64,000 bases of DNA from Camelus dromedarius (GCF_036321535.1 NC_087437.1:62312001-62376000); one strand, 5' to 3'; positions 25,375 to 38,612 are shown, counted from the first letter of the stretch. Notes: generated by a model from the sequence alone, not told the origin. A program made the numbers and translations.

Positions 25375-26519
25375 AGAAGGAAGAACAATGTTAAGCACAT
25401 CTATGTAGTTAATATTATAACGCACCAACCCTTAACAGAGGATGCGGGCAGGCTGGGAGCCATCTCCCACTCTAGCCCGCAGGGCGTGCAGCCCCTGGGC
25501 CACGTGTGCTGCTGGCCTCTCGTGGCGCCGTCAGCATGTGTGGTGTCTGTCCAGGGATCGCTGTTCTATGCTAGGTGCCGTTTCTCACCTGTGATCGTGT
25601 ATGCATCCTATATCATACATTAGTCATGAATCAAATTTCTATCATTCCTTGCAGCAGTGAATTTGTCTGTGAGGCCATTTTGTGTTGTCCGCTCTCATCC
25701 AGGCGTGCGTTACAGCTCATGGTGTGCTGTCAGCTTATTGTAGTGTTGAAAACCGTCCATGATCAGATAAACTCAGGAACTGCTGATGCAGGGGAATGGC
25801 TGGCCCACAGGCCTTTAGGGAAGCAGTGGTCCATGAGCAGCACTGCCAGAGGGCTCCGAGCTGTAGTCTTGAGTGACATAAGATTAGGGCTCATCTAGGC
25901 AAGTCCACAGTCACCTGCACAGACTGCAGGGTGAGCGTTCTCTTATGAAAACTGGGCACCCCCCCACCCTAGGACCATGGCTCTGAAGATGTTACAGCTC
26001 TCACTTCCTCAAGGAAGGGGGCTGGTGGAGCCAACAGCAGTTAAAGATTTGACTTATGTTAGAGAAGGTGGAGCATTTATCTTGTGTTGACGGAAGGATG
26101 TTACACAGGGGCCACAGAGCTTCCACAAAGAATTGTACTTGTTGGATAATAGTTACAACTGCAGACATTTCGTCAGTGGTTGCTGTGTGCCAGGTGCTGT
26201 GCTAAGTCATAGGCCTTATTCCTTAATCTTCTCCAGGGAACTATGAAGTAGATATTATTATCATCACCTCCACCATCATCATCATCCTTTTTTTATAGAT
26301 GGGAAACTGAGAGCCACTAGGAGGTTAAGAAATGTTTTGGATAAAGCTAAGCTTTGAGCTGGCAGCAGTATTTGGGCCAGGTGGGAGATGATTCTAGAGC
26401 TAGTTGCAGCCTTCTGACTAGAATCTTCTTGAGGATGTTAGGGTGGTTGGTGTTTATTGACTGTCAGTTTGGGCCTAGGGAAGTCAGACACACTCATAGC
26501 TTTTCCTTTTCTCTTTCAG

Positions 26520-26562
26520 CGTGTGAAGATGGATACAGGCTTGAAAATGAAACCTGTATGAG
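26520..26562 (+). CDS. HEG1: HEG1 exon (43 bp, Cys-rich)
   Basis: ctctttcag| (A)CEDGYRLENETCM(S) |GTAGGC. Confidence 0.94.
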
Positions 26563-26694
26563 GTAGGCTCTGTGCTCATTTCTTCCGATGAATTTGTTCC
26601 AAACCTTATTTAGACATTACTTAGGGAAATTGCCTCACCTATTTCTTTTGATAATCGAAACTAATTCTTGTTCTTTTTCTCTGTCGACTTGCAG

Positions 26695-26732
26695 TTGCCC
26701 GTTCGGCCTTGGTGGTCTCAACTGTGGGAACC
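26695..26732 (+). CDS. HEG1: HEG1 exon (38 bp, juxtamembrane Cys-rich)
   Basis: cttgcag| CPFGLGGLNCGN(P) |GTAAGT. Confidence 0.94.
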
Positions 26733-26844
26733 GTAAGTGTGCAGAGTCTCAAGCTCCGTGTGGGCAGGGCGGGCACAGCTGTGGGCATGCAGGGTGGCTG
26801 TCCCCTCCCCTCGCCCTCAGCTTCAGTCCGCCGTCTTCTCCGCT

Positions 26845-26971
26845 CCCGTGCCAGGAGGAAAGCCAAGAGCTCTCTCCAGGGGCTGGAGGTCCTGGGGGAG
26901 ATAAACCCGTGCCAGGAGGAAAGCCAAGAGCTCTCTCCAGGGGCTGGAGGTCCTGGGGGAGATAAACCCGT
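26845..26971. repeat. Perfect 61-bp tandem duplication
   Basis: 26845-26905 is identical to 26906-26966, bounded by cccgt. Confidence 0.95.
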
Positions 26972-28078
26972 TCCGCAGTAGCCTGACGGGTGGAGTGTTA
27001 ATCAGTACATTAGGCGTGGGGGCGGGGGGGGGGGACCACGCCCGAGGAGAAGAGAAGAACCTCCTGAGTGCTTCCTGGGGAGACTTTGACTGGCAGGTGA
27101 GGAGGGAGGAGGAATCCAGGCAGAGGGAACCACCTCAACAAAGGTCTTGGGGCAGCCTGGGCCTGAGGTTACCAGGGACAGTGTATAAGTGAGCGTGGCT
27201 GAGGACAGAAAGAGGCTGGCGGAGAGTAGGGGATCAAGTCGGCAGAGGTTGTGGGGGCCAAACTGTTGGGGTTTTGATGTCAACCTGAGAGTTTAGACTC
27301 TAATCAGTAGCCACCGTGGAACTAGCAAGTCCTTCCTTAGAGCGGGAGAGCAGTTTGATCAAGAAAATCAGGTCAAGCTGCAGTGAGGACAGACTGGATG
27401 CAGGAGAACCTGGGGCCCTTTAGACGAGCATCGCTACAGCGGGGTCTGGGCTGGACATAGACGGGGGTCCGCTGCTCCTAGCTGACGTTTACGCTCCTGA
27501 AGTACAGAGTGGCGGTGACTGTGCACAGGCCACATTTCACACTTGATTCAGTTCTTTAGGAAAAGTAGTTGGGATTCACTTAAGATCACTTTCACTGACA
27601 TTCTCTTATATTGAGACCTAAGGAATTGAAGTCGCCCTCAAAATTGCTGAAAGAAGTTCTGGGATAAAGGACATAACAGGAATAATAACACTCGATACTT
27701 TATTTTAGGATAGCTTTGTCACTCATTCTGTAGACGAATGTGCCAACAGCCCATATTCTTAGTTTACTAGACCACGAGTAGGCATGATTTTATTTAACAG
27801 GAGATGCTCCTCTCACCCCACTACTCAGAAATCCCAAGGGTTTTACATGCTCTTATGCCAGAAACTGGGGGAGAAGGCTAGATAGATATTTCTCATTATG
27901 ACACAATATCACAGGTGTCCTCGGTTTATTAGGAGCATGAGTGAGACCAGGTGATGAGCGTGGAGAAGTGGTCAGCGCGGGGGTGAGCCGGGGAGCAGGA
28001 GGTGAGAGATCCTATCAGCAAGTCCACTTACAGAATGAGCCAGTACCTCTAACCTGCTTTACTCAGACAGCTCCCTGA

Positions 28079-28277
28079 TAAACAGCAAGTTCATACTGTA
28101 TAGCACAGGGAACTATATTCAATATCTCGTAGTAACTTATGGTGAAAAAGAATATGAAAACAAATATATATATATGTTCACGTATGATTGAAGCATTATG
28201 CTGTACACCAGAAACTGACACATAGTAAACTGACTACACTTCAGTAAAAATATATATATACATTAAAAAAAAAAAAA
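28079..28277 (+). mobile_element. Young L1 3' end with perfect 12-bp TSD
   Basis: tatagcacagggaactatattcaatatc...tgtacaccagaaactgacaca and poly(A). TSD acagctccctga at 28067-28078 and 28278-28289. Confidence 0.88.
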
Positions 28278-28602
28278 ACAGCTCCCTGAATAGGTTTTAC
28301 TAGAAAATGCTGCGTATTTCTCAGTGAATGGAAGAAGGCAAACTGATATAGGGAAAAGCCCTAAAAAGGGTTGAAGGGGAGTGAGCTGCAGGGCATTGTT
28401 CTAAGAGGCAGTTAGCGATGTGTTTTTCAGAGATCACTGAGTACTGTATTTGTATGGAGATAAAATACCCCTACATCCTTTGACTGTTCTGTGGGCTCCT
28501 ATGTCTCTGAGTTTTGTGGGTGGGGTCTTGGAAGTAGCAGGATTTCTCAGGGATCCGGAGACTTCTTTTCCTCCCCTTTTATTCGAGTCACCAGCATCAC
28601 GT

Positions 28603-28616
28603 CCAGCAGAGGGCAG
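28603..28616 (+). promoter_or_regulatory. Candidate CTCF motif
   Basis: CCAGCAGAGGGCAG matches the CTCF core CCASYAGRKGGCRS. Motif match only. Confidence 0.4.
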
Positions 28617-29821
28617 ACTTCCCCTCGGATGGCTAGCTCCCGGCCACCTTCTATTGCTGACCGGTTAACTCCGATGGTGCAAATATCACTTTACGACTTT
28701 GATATCTGCATTGGTTTGAGTGCTGCAAAGCAGTTAGCAGTTGGTGATGATAAGTAGCACCTGACCCCTGCCTTTTTCTCTGTGGCCTCAGACCAGCCCT
28801 GGAGTGGGTTAAGGAATCGGGAACACCTGAGTCTCATCCCCATCTGTGCTGGTAACGCCCTGTGAAGCCTGTGGCTTGTCACTTGGTGTTTTGCGTCAAA
28901 TAGTTCTGACCGCCCATCACTGTCACTTCTGCTGCCCCCAGCAGAGACAGTAAGTGCCTTCTTGGGGCTCTGGCTCAGGCTGGGTCTCTTGTAGGCTAGA
29001 AACGCTGCTCTCTGCAGACTTCTTGGGGCTCACACTCTGCCCAAGCCCCACGAGAAGGGGGCCCAGCTTTGCCCAGCCCAGCATGTGGTCTTGCGACTCC
29101 CTCACACCTACATTCCTGGGAGTCGTCCAGCTCTGAAGCATTCTGGCTGTAGGCATAACCTCTGGGCTGCCTCTCTAAAAGGCCCTATTGACTTCCTAGT
29201 TGTGCCCAGATTCTACTCGTGGCTCCTCACAGAGAATATCCTTCAAACTGGAGAGGGCAGGACAAGCCCTTCTCTCAAGTCCCTGCGTCCCTGAGGTAGT
29301 GCGGGCCAGCCGAGCTCCCATGTACACCCGGCAAGGCCGCCCAGGTCTGCTCCTGTCTTACCACTGCTCGCCTTTTCGTTTTCTTTGCGTGTAAAATATT
29401 CCAGTTTCTACCTCAGATTCCAACAATTCCGTCTTCTGTTACCACTTGTCCAGTGGCCCCAGAATTCTCTTCAAGACTTGTTGTCAAAATGTCCCTCACT
29501 TTCTCCCGGCCCCTCCACCCTTTTCTTAGGCGTGTGCATTTCCTCCTTCATTTGAATTTTATCGAGGCTCCTCCTCATGGTTTTATTATATCTCTCATGA
29601 CATCACGGCTTGCTTCACCTTTTTTCTCTTTTTAAAATAAGTTCATTTCATTACATTACATAAAAACATTACATAAAAACAACACATGCCCATTAATTTT
29701 CCTTTTTTTTAACCCAAATTAATTAGAAAATATACTTAAGAGAAGAAGAAAACTAAAATAAACGGTCTTATGACCCATTAAACGTCGCTGTTCACAGCCT
29801 GGTGTGTGTCCTCGCCCCTGC

Positions 29822-29992
29822 GTGTGGTCCCTCTGACCTGCCGGAGCAGCATCTCCCAGGAGCTGGCTGCACGTGCAGAATTCCGGGCCTCTCCACTCCA
29901 GACCTGTTGCATCAGAATCTGAATTTTAAGCAGACCCCTAGACTTAGTGAATATACAGATTTGTATACATACCAGAGTTGAAGAAGCACTAC
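29822..29992. mobile_element. MER5A-like hAT MITE
   Basis: gtgtggtcc...cagcatctcccaggagctgg...gcagaattccgggcc...ccagacct...atcagaatctg...agaagcact. Confidence 0.65.
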
Positions 29993-31494
29993 ACCGTTGT
30001 AAATAAAGGTGTTAGAACTTTTGTGTGTAGTTCTATACGTATGTATGTATTTTCACTTGTCTTATATTAGTAACTCAATGTACAATGCCCAAGTCATAGA
30101 TAGGTGAATGTTTGACTTATGAAACTGCCAAGCTGTGACCTAAAATGGTTGTTTGCGTTTATATACCCACCAGGGGTATGTAAAATGCTTCCACAGTGTT
30201 GCCAATACTTAATAGGGTCAGTCTTCTGAATTTCCTTAAACTTTTAATTTAAGGAAGCAGTAGTTTTAATTGCATCCCCCTAAGGATTCATGACGTTGAG
30301 CATTTTTTTCATGTGTTTATTTGCCATCTGTGTATATTCTTAGTAAAATGTCTGTTCATACCTTTTGTCTATTTCTACTTTCATTAGCAAATAAATAGTT
30401 CATTTTTTACCCTCAAAAAAATACTCACAGAATATAGTGTTTTGTAACCTGCTTTTAAACCTAGTAAACTGTGCACTGTTTTCATTTACATGATCTTATA
30501 ATGTCACTCTTGACAGTTCTGTGGAATTCTCCTCTCTGGAGATACCATAATTTACTTAACCATTCCCCTCTTATTATCAATTTAAGATCTTCTTTTATAT
30601 TCTCATCCTCTACGCCATTCTTCTGTTTGTGGTTAATGTCACTTTGTGATTGTAGAACTCACATAATTCCTAGATTACCTCTCTCTGGCTGCAGACATTT
30701 TTATCCACCCCTCTTTCTTATCCACAACAGGTCCTTTTGTAGGTCATCTTTTCCATTCACATGCCCTACGTGTGCCCCGCGTCTCTCCAGTGGATACTTC
30801 TTCCCCGCCAGGCTCCCAGCATGGCCAGCGAGGATGTAGAGCCTGTTTTTCCCCATGTCTGGGTCTCTTCCTCCTCTTCCAGTGAAACTGGAACATTCAA
30901 CCTAAAGATCTCTCTGCATTGTCCCCATCATCCCAACCCACAGTCAGGTGGCAGGTATATAAAGCATCCTCTAATAGTCTTCACCTTGTCGTTACATTGA
31001 TCTTAAAAAGAACTCATTCCAGAGGCAATGCCATGTGTTAGCAGGAGTAACTCATAATAAACATTCAGAAAGATAGTGCTAAACTTAGGAGGAAGGAGAG
31101 TTCATTAGTTATCCAGAAGTCCACTGGAAGCCTCATACAGCTGAAAGCAGATACCTCACTCAGTCTTGACGGGCCTCACCTCATGTCAGAACTGAAAGGA
31201 AGTGGCCCGGGAGAGGCGCATGCTGCCCTGTATCTGCTCGTGAGTGCTATGGCCACATCGCAGCCTGTAGACAAATTTTGAAAGCTACAGAGGAAAAGAA
31301 AAAAGAATGCTTTCTGAGGGAAAGATGGTGCAAGGGGAGTGGAAAAATTTAAAAGGCAGAATTCTAACCACATGTAGCTAATGAGCTCAGTGAGGGGGAG
31401 ATAGGGAGAACAAATGAACTTCAAAATAAAATCAATGTGGCGACCTAAAAAGGTCTGTAATGAGTGTAAGAGTTTTAAAGGAAGACATATGGAT

Positions 31495-32260
31495 TGGTAC
31501 AATTCTGACACCAATTCCGATGTGTGTTTTTTCCACATCACTAGGCCAATTAACTCAATTCTGACTCGATCTCCGGGTAGATCCCACAGGTTGGGGGCTC
31601 AGTCCACAAGACTTCCCTTCCCTGCTCCCCCATCAGATACCAGTCCCAAGGCCAGGTTGTTACCTGTGCGTTTGACCAGCCGGCTCCAGATTGGAGGTTC
31701 CAGTGACCCCACCCCCTTGGATTCAAGTAATTTGCTATACTGGGTCACAGAACTCAGGAACGTTTTACTTCCTAGGTTACCAGTTTATTATGAAAGGATT
31801 TAACTCAGAAACAGCCAGATGGGAGAGATGCCCAGGGCAAGGTTTGGGGAAAGGGCCCAGGACTACCATGCTGTCTCCCAGCCCGGCACTCTCCCCTCAT
31901 CTCCACATGTTCACCAACCTGGATGCTTTCTGGACATCATCCTTTGGGTTTTTGTAGGGGCTTCAGTACACAGGCAGGATTGATTAAATCATTGGCCATT
32001 GGTGATTGAACTCAATCTTGAGCCCCTCTCCCCTTCCAGAAGTTCAAGGTGATGGGACTGAAAGTTCTAACCCTCTGCTCATTGGTTGGTCTCCCTGGCA
32101 ACCAGCCTCCATCTATAGGTTACCTAACGGCTTTCCAGAAGTCACCTGATTGACTTAACAAAAGACACCTTTACTCCTCTCAAGCCTTAGGAAATCCCAG
32201 TTTTAGGAGCTGTACCAGGAACAAGGACAGAGACAGATATATCTTGCAGATCAGTGTCAC
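31495..32260. mobile_element. MER21-like LTR
   Basis: aattctgacacc...agatcccacaggttgggggctcagtcc...gattgattaaatcattggccattggtgattgaactcaatc. Confidence 0.65.
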
Positions 32261-33355
32261 AGATGGCCAAGGTTCTTCTGGAGTAAATACACCTAGCTAG
32301 CTTAAACAACCAAGACAGTTTATTGGCAGGATCCTGGGGTGAGTCATGGAATTCAGCATCAGGAGTGGCAAGCATCAGGGAACTGTGGGGAAGCACAGCA
32401 GCTGGAGGTTGGGGCCCTCTTCTCAGAGCACATGGTACCACGGCTCCGTCGTCCTCTCTCGCCTCCGCTCTTGCGGTGTGTCTGTGCACATGCTTTCTTC
32501 CTCACAAGACAACACAATGGCAGATAGGCTCGCCTAACAGCTTTGAGTGTAAGTCATTGGTTCAGTCCTTTTGAAAGAGAAGATTCTCTCTCTTTCCCAC
32601 ACTGAGATTCCTGGGAAGAAACTCATTGATCCAGTTTGGATCATGTGTTTACTCCCAGACTGATCCACTGTGGCTGGTGTGTCGTGGACAAGCACCCGTG
32701 CTGTACCCGGCATGTGGAGGTCCCAGAAGGGAGTTGGCTAAGCAGACAGTCCTGTAGATTCCATCCAAATAAGCATATAAGCAAAGACAACTACAGCGTA
32801 TAGGAAAGGTGAAGGCCCAGACTGGGTTGGTTTAACGAAAAATGCCAGCAGCAATGACAGCAACATCAACCTGTGATTAAAGCACAAGAAGAATAAGGGA
32901 GGACAGAGCCCTTGCTTGGGAAAGACTGCGAAATGTAAACAAATGTCTAAGACAAAGTAAGACTGAGAATTCCAGGCTCATCATTCTGGAAGATCTCTTC
33001 AAGTAGGGAGGATAGGACAGACAAACCCAGGACAACACGCATTGCCTTCACTCTCATCTTAATTAGCAAACATTCAGGGAACCTGTGGGCCTAGTGAGCG
33101 TTACAGTAGGTGTTGATTTAAATCCCAGGCATTGTGCATCGTCATGTGACCTCATCGCAAATCTAAAGTCAGTCTTTAAGTGCAAACGATCGGTTGTAGT
33201 TCATGAGCTGACTTGACCACAGGTATGAGAAAAAAGTCCTGTGGGTTATATTGTCCATAAGCTTGTTACAAATACCCACTGACATGGCTTCCAAAGAACA
33301 TCAAACAACTCTTTGAGCAATATATGTGTATAAAATAAATGATATGTATGTATAC

Positions 33356-33738
33356 TGTTGACTGAAAAAAAATGTAGAACCTAAAAGTTGAGACATACAT
33401 TTTATTTGGCAGACTTTCTGAGGACTTAAGCCTGAAAGACCGCCACCTCTCAGATCGCTCTGAGGGACTGCCCTCTAGAGGTAGGGGAGGAACCAGGATA
33501 TATAGGAATTTTGCAACAAAAGCCAGTTAGTAGGAACATAAAAAGATTACTGTTAATTAAAGAAAACCAGACATCTCATTCCCTTGATGTGCCCCTGAGT
33601 GATCTAGGGCCTGGATCCTGCTTTTCTCCACCCTGGGTCCCCTCAGGGTGCACAGTTGGGGCGGCTGCAGTGACTTCTGGCTTGGTGGTCACAACTTCCT
33701 TTATTTACTGATACAGCAGGCAATACTCTTTGTCCACA
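33356..33738 (-). mobile_element. ERV1 solo LTR (MER41-like) with 4-bp TSD
   Basis: TG...CA ends. TSD atac at 33352-33355 and 33739-33742. Minus-strand AATAAA near 33402. Confidence 0.75.
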
Positions 33739-34039
33739 ATACACATACAATGTCTAGATATTTAGAGGAGGTTGTGTGTATATAAACACATGAATAAAAT
33801 GTGGGAAACAGAGAGAAGCTTGGAGAAGAAAGCACAAAGCTGTCATCACCCGAGGCAGCACTAACATCTGAGTATTTTTGTGAATTCCCTCCTGGGCGCT
33901 TTCTCTGTGCTCCTCTCTACTGTATTTTACAAACTTATCGGTCCACAGTAGACTCCTTAAAAAAAAGGAGAGAAGGAAATTCAAGATAGCTGGTGCCTGG
34001 GGGAGAGATGAGAGGAGCAAGTGAGACTTTATTTTCTTT

Positions 34040-34833
34040 ATGAGGTGTCACCTCACACCAGTCAGAATGGCCATCATTAAAAAGTCCATGAACAATAAAT
34101 GCTGGAGAGGCTGTGGAAAAAAGGGAACCCTCCTACACTGTTGATGGGAAGATAAATTGCTGAAACCATTATGGAAAACAGTATGGAGACTCCTTAAAAA
34201 ACTGAAAATACACTTACCCTATGATTCAGCAATCCCACTCCTGGGCATATATCCAGAGGAAACTCTAATTCAAACAAATACATGCACCCCAATGTTCATA
34301 GCAGCAACATTTACAATAGCAAAGACATGGAAACAAGCTAAAAATCCAGACAGATGACTGGATAAAGATATTGTGGTATCTTTGTACAATGGAATACTAC
34401 TCAGCCGTAAAAAAGAATAAAATAATATCATTTGCAGCAACATGGATGGACCTGGAAATTGTCATTCTAAGTGAAGTAAGCCAGAAAGAGAAAAAAAAAT
34501 CATATGATATCACTCATATGTGGAATCTAAAAAATGACACAAATGAATTTATTTGCAAACAGAAACAGACTCAGACATAGAAAACAAATGTATGGTTACC
34601 AGGAGGAAAAGGGGAGGCTGAAGGGATAAATTGGGAGTTTGGGATTTGCAGGTACTATCTGCTATATATAAAATTGATAAACAGGGTCCTACTGTATATT
34701 CAGTATCTTGTAATAGCCTATTATGAAAAAGAATATGAAAAGGAATTGTATATGTATAATTGAATAACTGTGCTATACACCAGAAATTAACGCAACATTG
34801 TAAACTGACTGTACTTGGGTAATTAAAAAAAAA
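34040..34833 (+). mobile_element. L1 3' fragment (ORF2 C-terminus + 3'UTR), sense
   Basis: ORF remnants [31 protein letters not shown] and WYLCTMEYYSAVKKN, then poly(A). Confidence 0.92.
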
Positions 34834-35261
34834 ATTTGTGGCCATGTGGAATCCCCCAAAATATCAAGTATATTGAAACTGAAATTCACAAACTTTCATT
34901 TATAAGAAAATAAAAATATTAAATTTGACTTTAATCAAAAAAAAAAAAAACCCACAAAAGCAATAAAATTAGAAGAACATCCAAAAGCACAAGCAGAGAA
35001 AAGCTCATCCCTGACCACAGGCCATTCGGGAAGCACTGGTCTACTGTCTTTGTTTCAGAGAGGAACCTGCCACTGCAAGGATCACTTCTACAACCAGCGC
35101 TCCTTTGTTTTGCTGAAGGGAGGAGACGTGACCTTGGTGTGGAGGGATAAGCAGGAGCCAGACTTTGCTCTCTGGCTGGGAACAAAGGGAGCCACTGTGG
35201 GGTTTTTAAAGCAGGGAAATGGTACCATCACAGCTGCTTTTTGAAATTAATGGGCAAAAAC

Positions 35262-35335
35262 TTCATGCTGTACACCAGAAATGGACATAACATGATAAAC
35301 TGACTATACTTCAATTTAAAAAAAGAAGAAAGAAA
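35262..35335 (+). mobile_element. Very short L1 3' tip with A-rich tail
   Basis: tgctgtacaccagaaatggacataac...tatacttcaat and A tail. Degenerate TSD gaaattaatgggcaaaa / gaaatgagtgggcaaga. Confidence 0.7.
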
Positions 35336-36482
35336 GAAATGAGTGGGCAAGACGTGGGCAGGAGGATGAGTTGGGAGGTGATTACAGTTGTCTGGTCAGG
35401 ACTCGATGGGGGCCTTTGGTGGTGTTAGGGCGGTAAAGAGCAGTCCACAAATTTAAGGATGTCTTTTGTCGTTACTTTTTTTTTGAAAGTGCAGCTTGAA
35501 TACATGTGTCAGGAGGTGAGGGAGAGAATTAACTCATTCGTTGGTTTGCTTTGTTTCTTGTGTATCTACATACTGATGGTTTCTCATAAAATCTGGTATC
35601 TGTGCTGCTTATTTCAAGAAAGGACAGGTAAATGGTTGCATGACTTGTGTTTGCTCTTATCTTACAATCTGTTCATAGTCAGCTCTGTGTATTACCCTTT
35701 GACTTTATCTGAATACCTACAGAGCGTGGTTCCAGCCAGATTTACCTGGTTATTGGCCCTTTTTCCATCTTGGACTTTACAACTGAGAACACAATTTTAA
35801 TTATATTTCCACAACACAAAATCAATCTGAATATCTAATAGAACTTGGTGAAAAATATGATTTTTCCAGAAATACACAGGCATAAAACCAATTAATTAAA
35901 ATTTTAATATTGTTTATTATACATGATACGTGCTCACTTATATGACTGCCAATTTCTGGTAATTAAATTCGATTTGTATGCATTGAGGCTACCCAGTGCC
36001 AGCCTGGATTATGCAGTGATTCCCAGGCTCTGGGTAATATGTCTTATAAAATTGGGGAATCTAGCCTAGGGTTGCCTCCTTTTTATTTTATTAAGTAAAA
36101 ACCTAAAACCAAATTTTAAAAATTCATATCTATCCTCACCATCAATTCCAAAAAAATTTTAAACAATTATTTTCAAAAGTAGCCCAAAAAAGATTCTCTT
36201 TTTTCTCAATTACTTTTTAAAAACTAGCCTTATTGGAGGCGTAATTTACACATAATAAAGTGCATCTAGAGTAAGTAAGGAGACAAAGAAGGAAGGACCA
36301 ACTCTTAGGCGGTATTAAAACTAGGGAAAAAAACAAGCGTAGTTTTGGAAAAATACATGCATCTCCTTTATTTTTCTCTTCTGTTGGTGGATTGGTGGCA
36401 GTGTCATCAGGCTGGTCTGCAAGTAGAACTTGGGACCCCCAACTCTAGGCATGGATAAGAAAGGGAAGCTCTTCTCAAAAAG

Positions 36483-36975
36483 TGTAGGGAAAGAAAAATC
36501 ATTTTTCCTCTCCTTCCTAGGTTCTTGGCTGAGGCACATCCCCCCACCCTCTGCAGAAGCCAGACTAAGAGGAGAAAAACACAATTTTAATTATGTGCAT
36601 ACACATGGGAGCCCCCACAAAGATATGAGACTCAGGCAGCCAGATGATTGAGGCTCATATACCCTCCTGAGATGAGGAAAGGGCCGGGGGCCTGGGGCTG
36701 CAAATGGGAAAAGGCAGTTCACAGGGGAAAAGTGCGAAGAGGAAATGTTTGGGAAGCAAAGATTCCTGCCAGCAGATAAGTCTCTCAGGTGAACAGGTCA
36801 TCTCTGGTGTTAGCTCTCTTCCTGGTACAAGCCTCCTTCTAATGTAAATTTCCCTTACCAAGGGGTAACTAGGACTCAGTTTTCAGAGCTTCTTCTGTGC
36901 CTGCAGAAATATCAGCTCTAAATAATAAATAGGTAAAGAGGCATATTTTGGGGTGACACGTTCTGCTCCCCTTCA
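36483..36975 (-). mobile_element. ERV1 LTR (MER34/LTR39-like)
   Basis: tgtagggaaagaaaaa...gaggcatattttggggtgaca...ccccttca, the terminal motifs typical of this group. Confidence 0.6.
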
Positions 36976-37159
36976 GTAGAGAAAATGCAGAGCCAGCCTT
37001 TAGCCGCCCTTGCTGGGGGCCCAGGGAATGAAAGGTGGTCCCCAGCTGAGGTACTGGGGTGGCCTTGGGGTGGGGAGTGGGACCATTTTGGGGCATTCCT
37101 TCATTCCTTCATTACCTCTTACCGATCCACGTTTTCCTTTTCTCCTGAACCGTGTTTAG

Positions 37160-37247
37160 CCTATCAGCTTATCACCGTGGTGATCGCGGCCGCGGGAGGT
37201 GGGCTTCTCCTCATCCTGGGCATCGCACTGATTGTTACCTGTTGCCG
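37160..37247 (+). CDS. HEG1: HEG1 transmembrane exon
   Basis: gtgtttag| YQLITVVIAAAGGGLLLILGIALIVTCC(R) |GTGAGT. Hydrophobic helix. Confidence 0.97.
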
Positions 37248-37449
37248 GTGAGTGCCGGGCGTCCACATCCCAATTCTGTCCCTTTGCCTGTGCTAAACAA
37301 GGGTCCATTTTTATCCTCATAAAGAATGTCTGGGGTGGTGTACAGTATTAATGATAATCTATGACTGAACCATTAGAGAAAAAGAAAGGCAAATTTCTGA
37401 CAGGCACTGCCATCAGGGAAAGAAAAGGAGAGCAAATGGGATTTTAGTG

Positions 37450-38612
37450 GAAAAAAAAGAATATTCAAAAGCACAAGCAACAAAAGAAAAAAGATAGATT
37501 GGACTTTATCAACATGAAAAACTCGGCTTCAAAGAACACTATCAAGAAACTGAAAAGATGAGGGGAGGGTATAGCTCAGTGGTAGAGCACGTGCTTAGCA
37601 GGAGGTCCTGGGTTCAGTCTCCCAGGACCTCCATTAAATAAATAAATAAGCCTAGTTACCCCTCCTCCCAAAAAAGTGAGAAGACAACCCACAGGAGGGG
37701 AGAAAATATTTGCAAATCAACATTCTAATAAAGGACTTGTGTCTACAACATATAAAGAATTCTTGCAACTCAGTAATAAAAAGGCAACCCCATTTAAAAG
37801 TGGGCAAAGAACTTAAATAGACATTTCTCCAAAGAAGATGTAAAATGGCCAGTAACATATGAAAAGATGCTCAAAGCCATTAACCATCAGAGAAATGCAA
37901 TCAAAACCAACATCAGGGTAAAAAAACCCCAGTAACCCAACATTGGATACCACTTGAAACAAACAAACAAAAAACAGAAAATAGCAAATGTCGGTGAGAA
38001 TGTGGGAGAATTAGGATGCTCATACACTGCTGCTGGAAACGTAAAATGGTGTAGCCACTTTGAAAAAACTGGCCATTCCTCAGAAAGTTAAGCAGAGTTG
38101 CCATTTGACCCAGCATTTCCACTCTTAGGTACAAACCAAGAGAAATGAAAATGATGTCCACACAGAAATATGGACATAAATTTTCATAGAGGACCAGTTC
38201 ATAGTCACCAAAAGGTGAAAATAACCCCAATATCCATCAACTGATGGATGAACAAAATGCCATATCCATACAATGGAATATTATTCAGCCATAAAAAGGA
38301 ACCAACTAAAGATACACGCTGTAATGTGCATAAACCTTGAAAACAGTATGCTGCATGAATTAAGCCAGTCACAAAAGACCACATATGTATGATTGCATTT
38401 ATTGGAAATGTCCAAAATAGGCAAATTAAAGAGAGACAGAATGTAGATTAGTGGTTGCCTAGGGCTGGGTGGGCAGGGGCAGAATTGGGGGTAACAGCTA
38501 AGGAGTATGGGTTTCTTTCCAGGGTGATGAAATTGTGCTGGAATTGATTGTGATGATGGTTACACAACTCTGAATATACTACAAACCGTTGACTTGTACA
38601 TTTTAAGTGGGA
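37450..38612 (+). mobile_element. Old L1 (L1MB-type) ORF2 3' end + 3'UTR, sense, interrupted by a SINE
   Basis: agacatttctccaaagaagat; gaaatgcaatcaaaacc; caatggaatattattcagccataaaaagga; gtacattttaagtggg. Confidence 0.85.
37561..37672 (+). mobile_element. tRNA-derived SINE (Vic-1-like) nested in L1
   Basis: GGGGAGGGTATAGCTCAGTGGTAGAGCAC (A box)...GGTTCAGTCTCC (B box)...taaataaataaa. Degenerate TSD aactgaaaagat / aagtgagaagac. Confidence 0.85.

Noticed and set aside
37562..37635. Possible tRNA-Ala gene
   Set aside because: The anticodon region is deleted or degenerate, and it has an AT-rich tail and TSD. It is a SINE.
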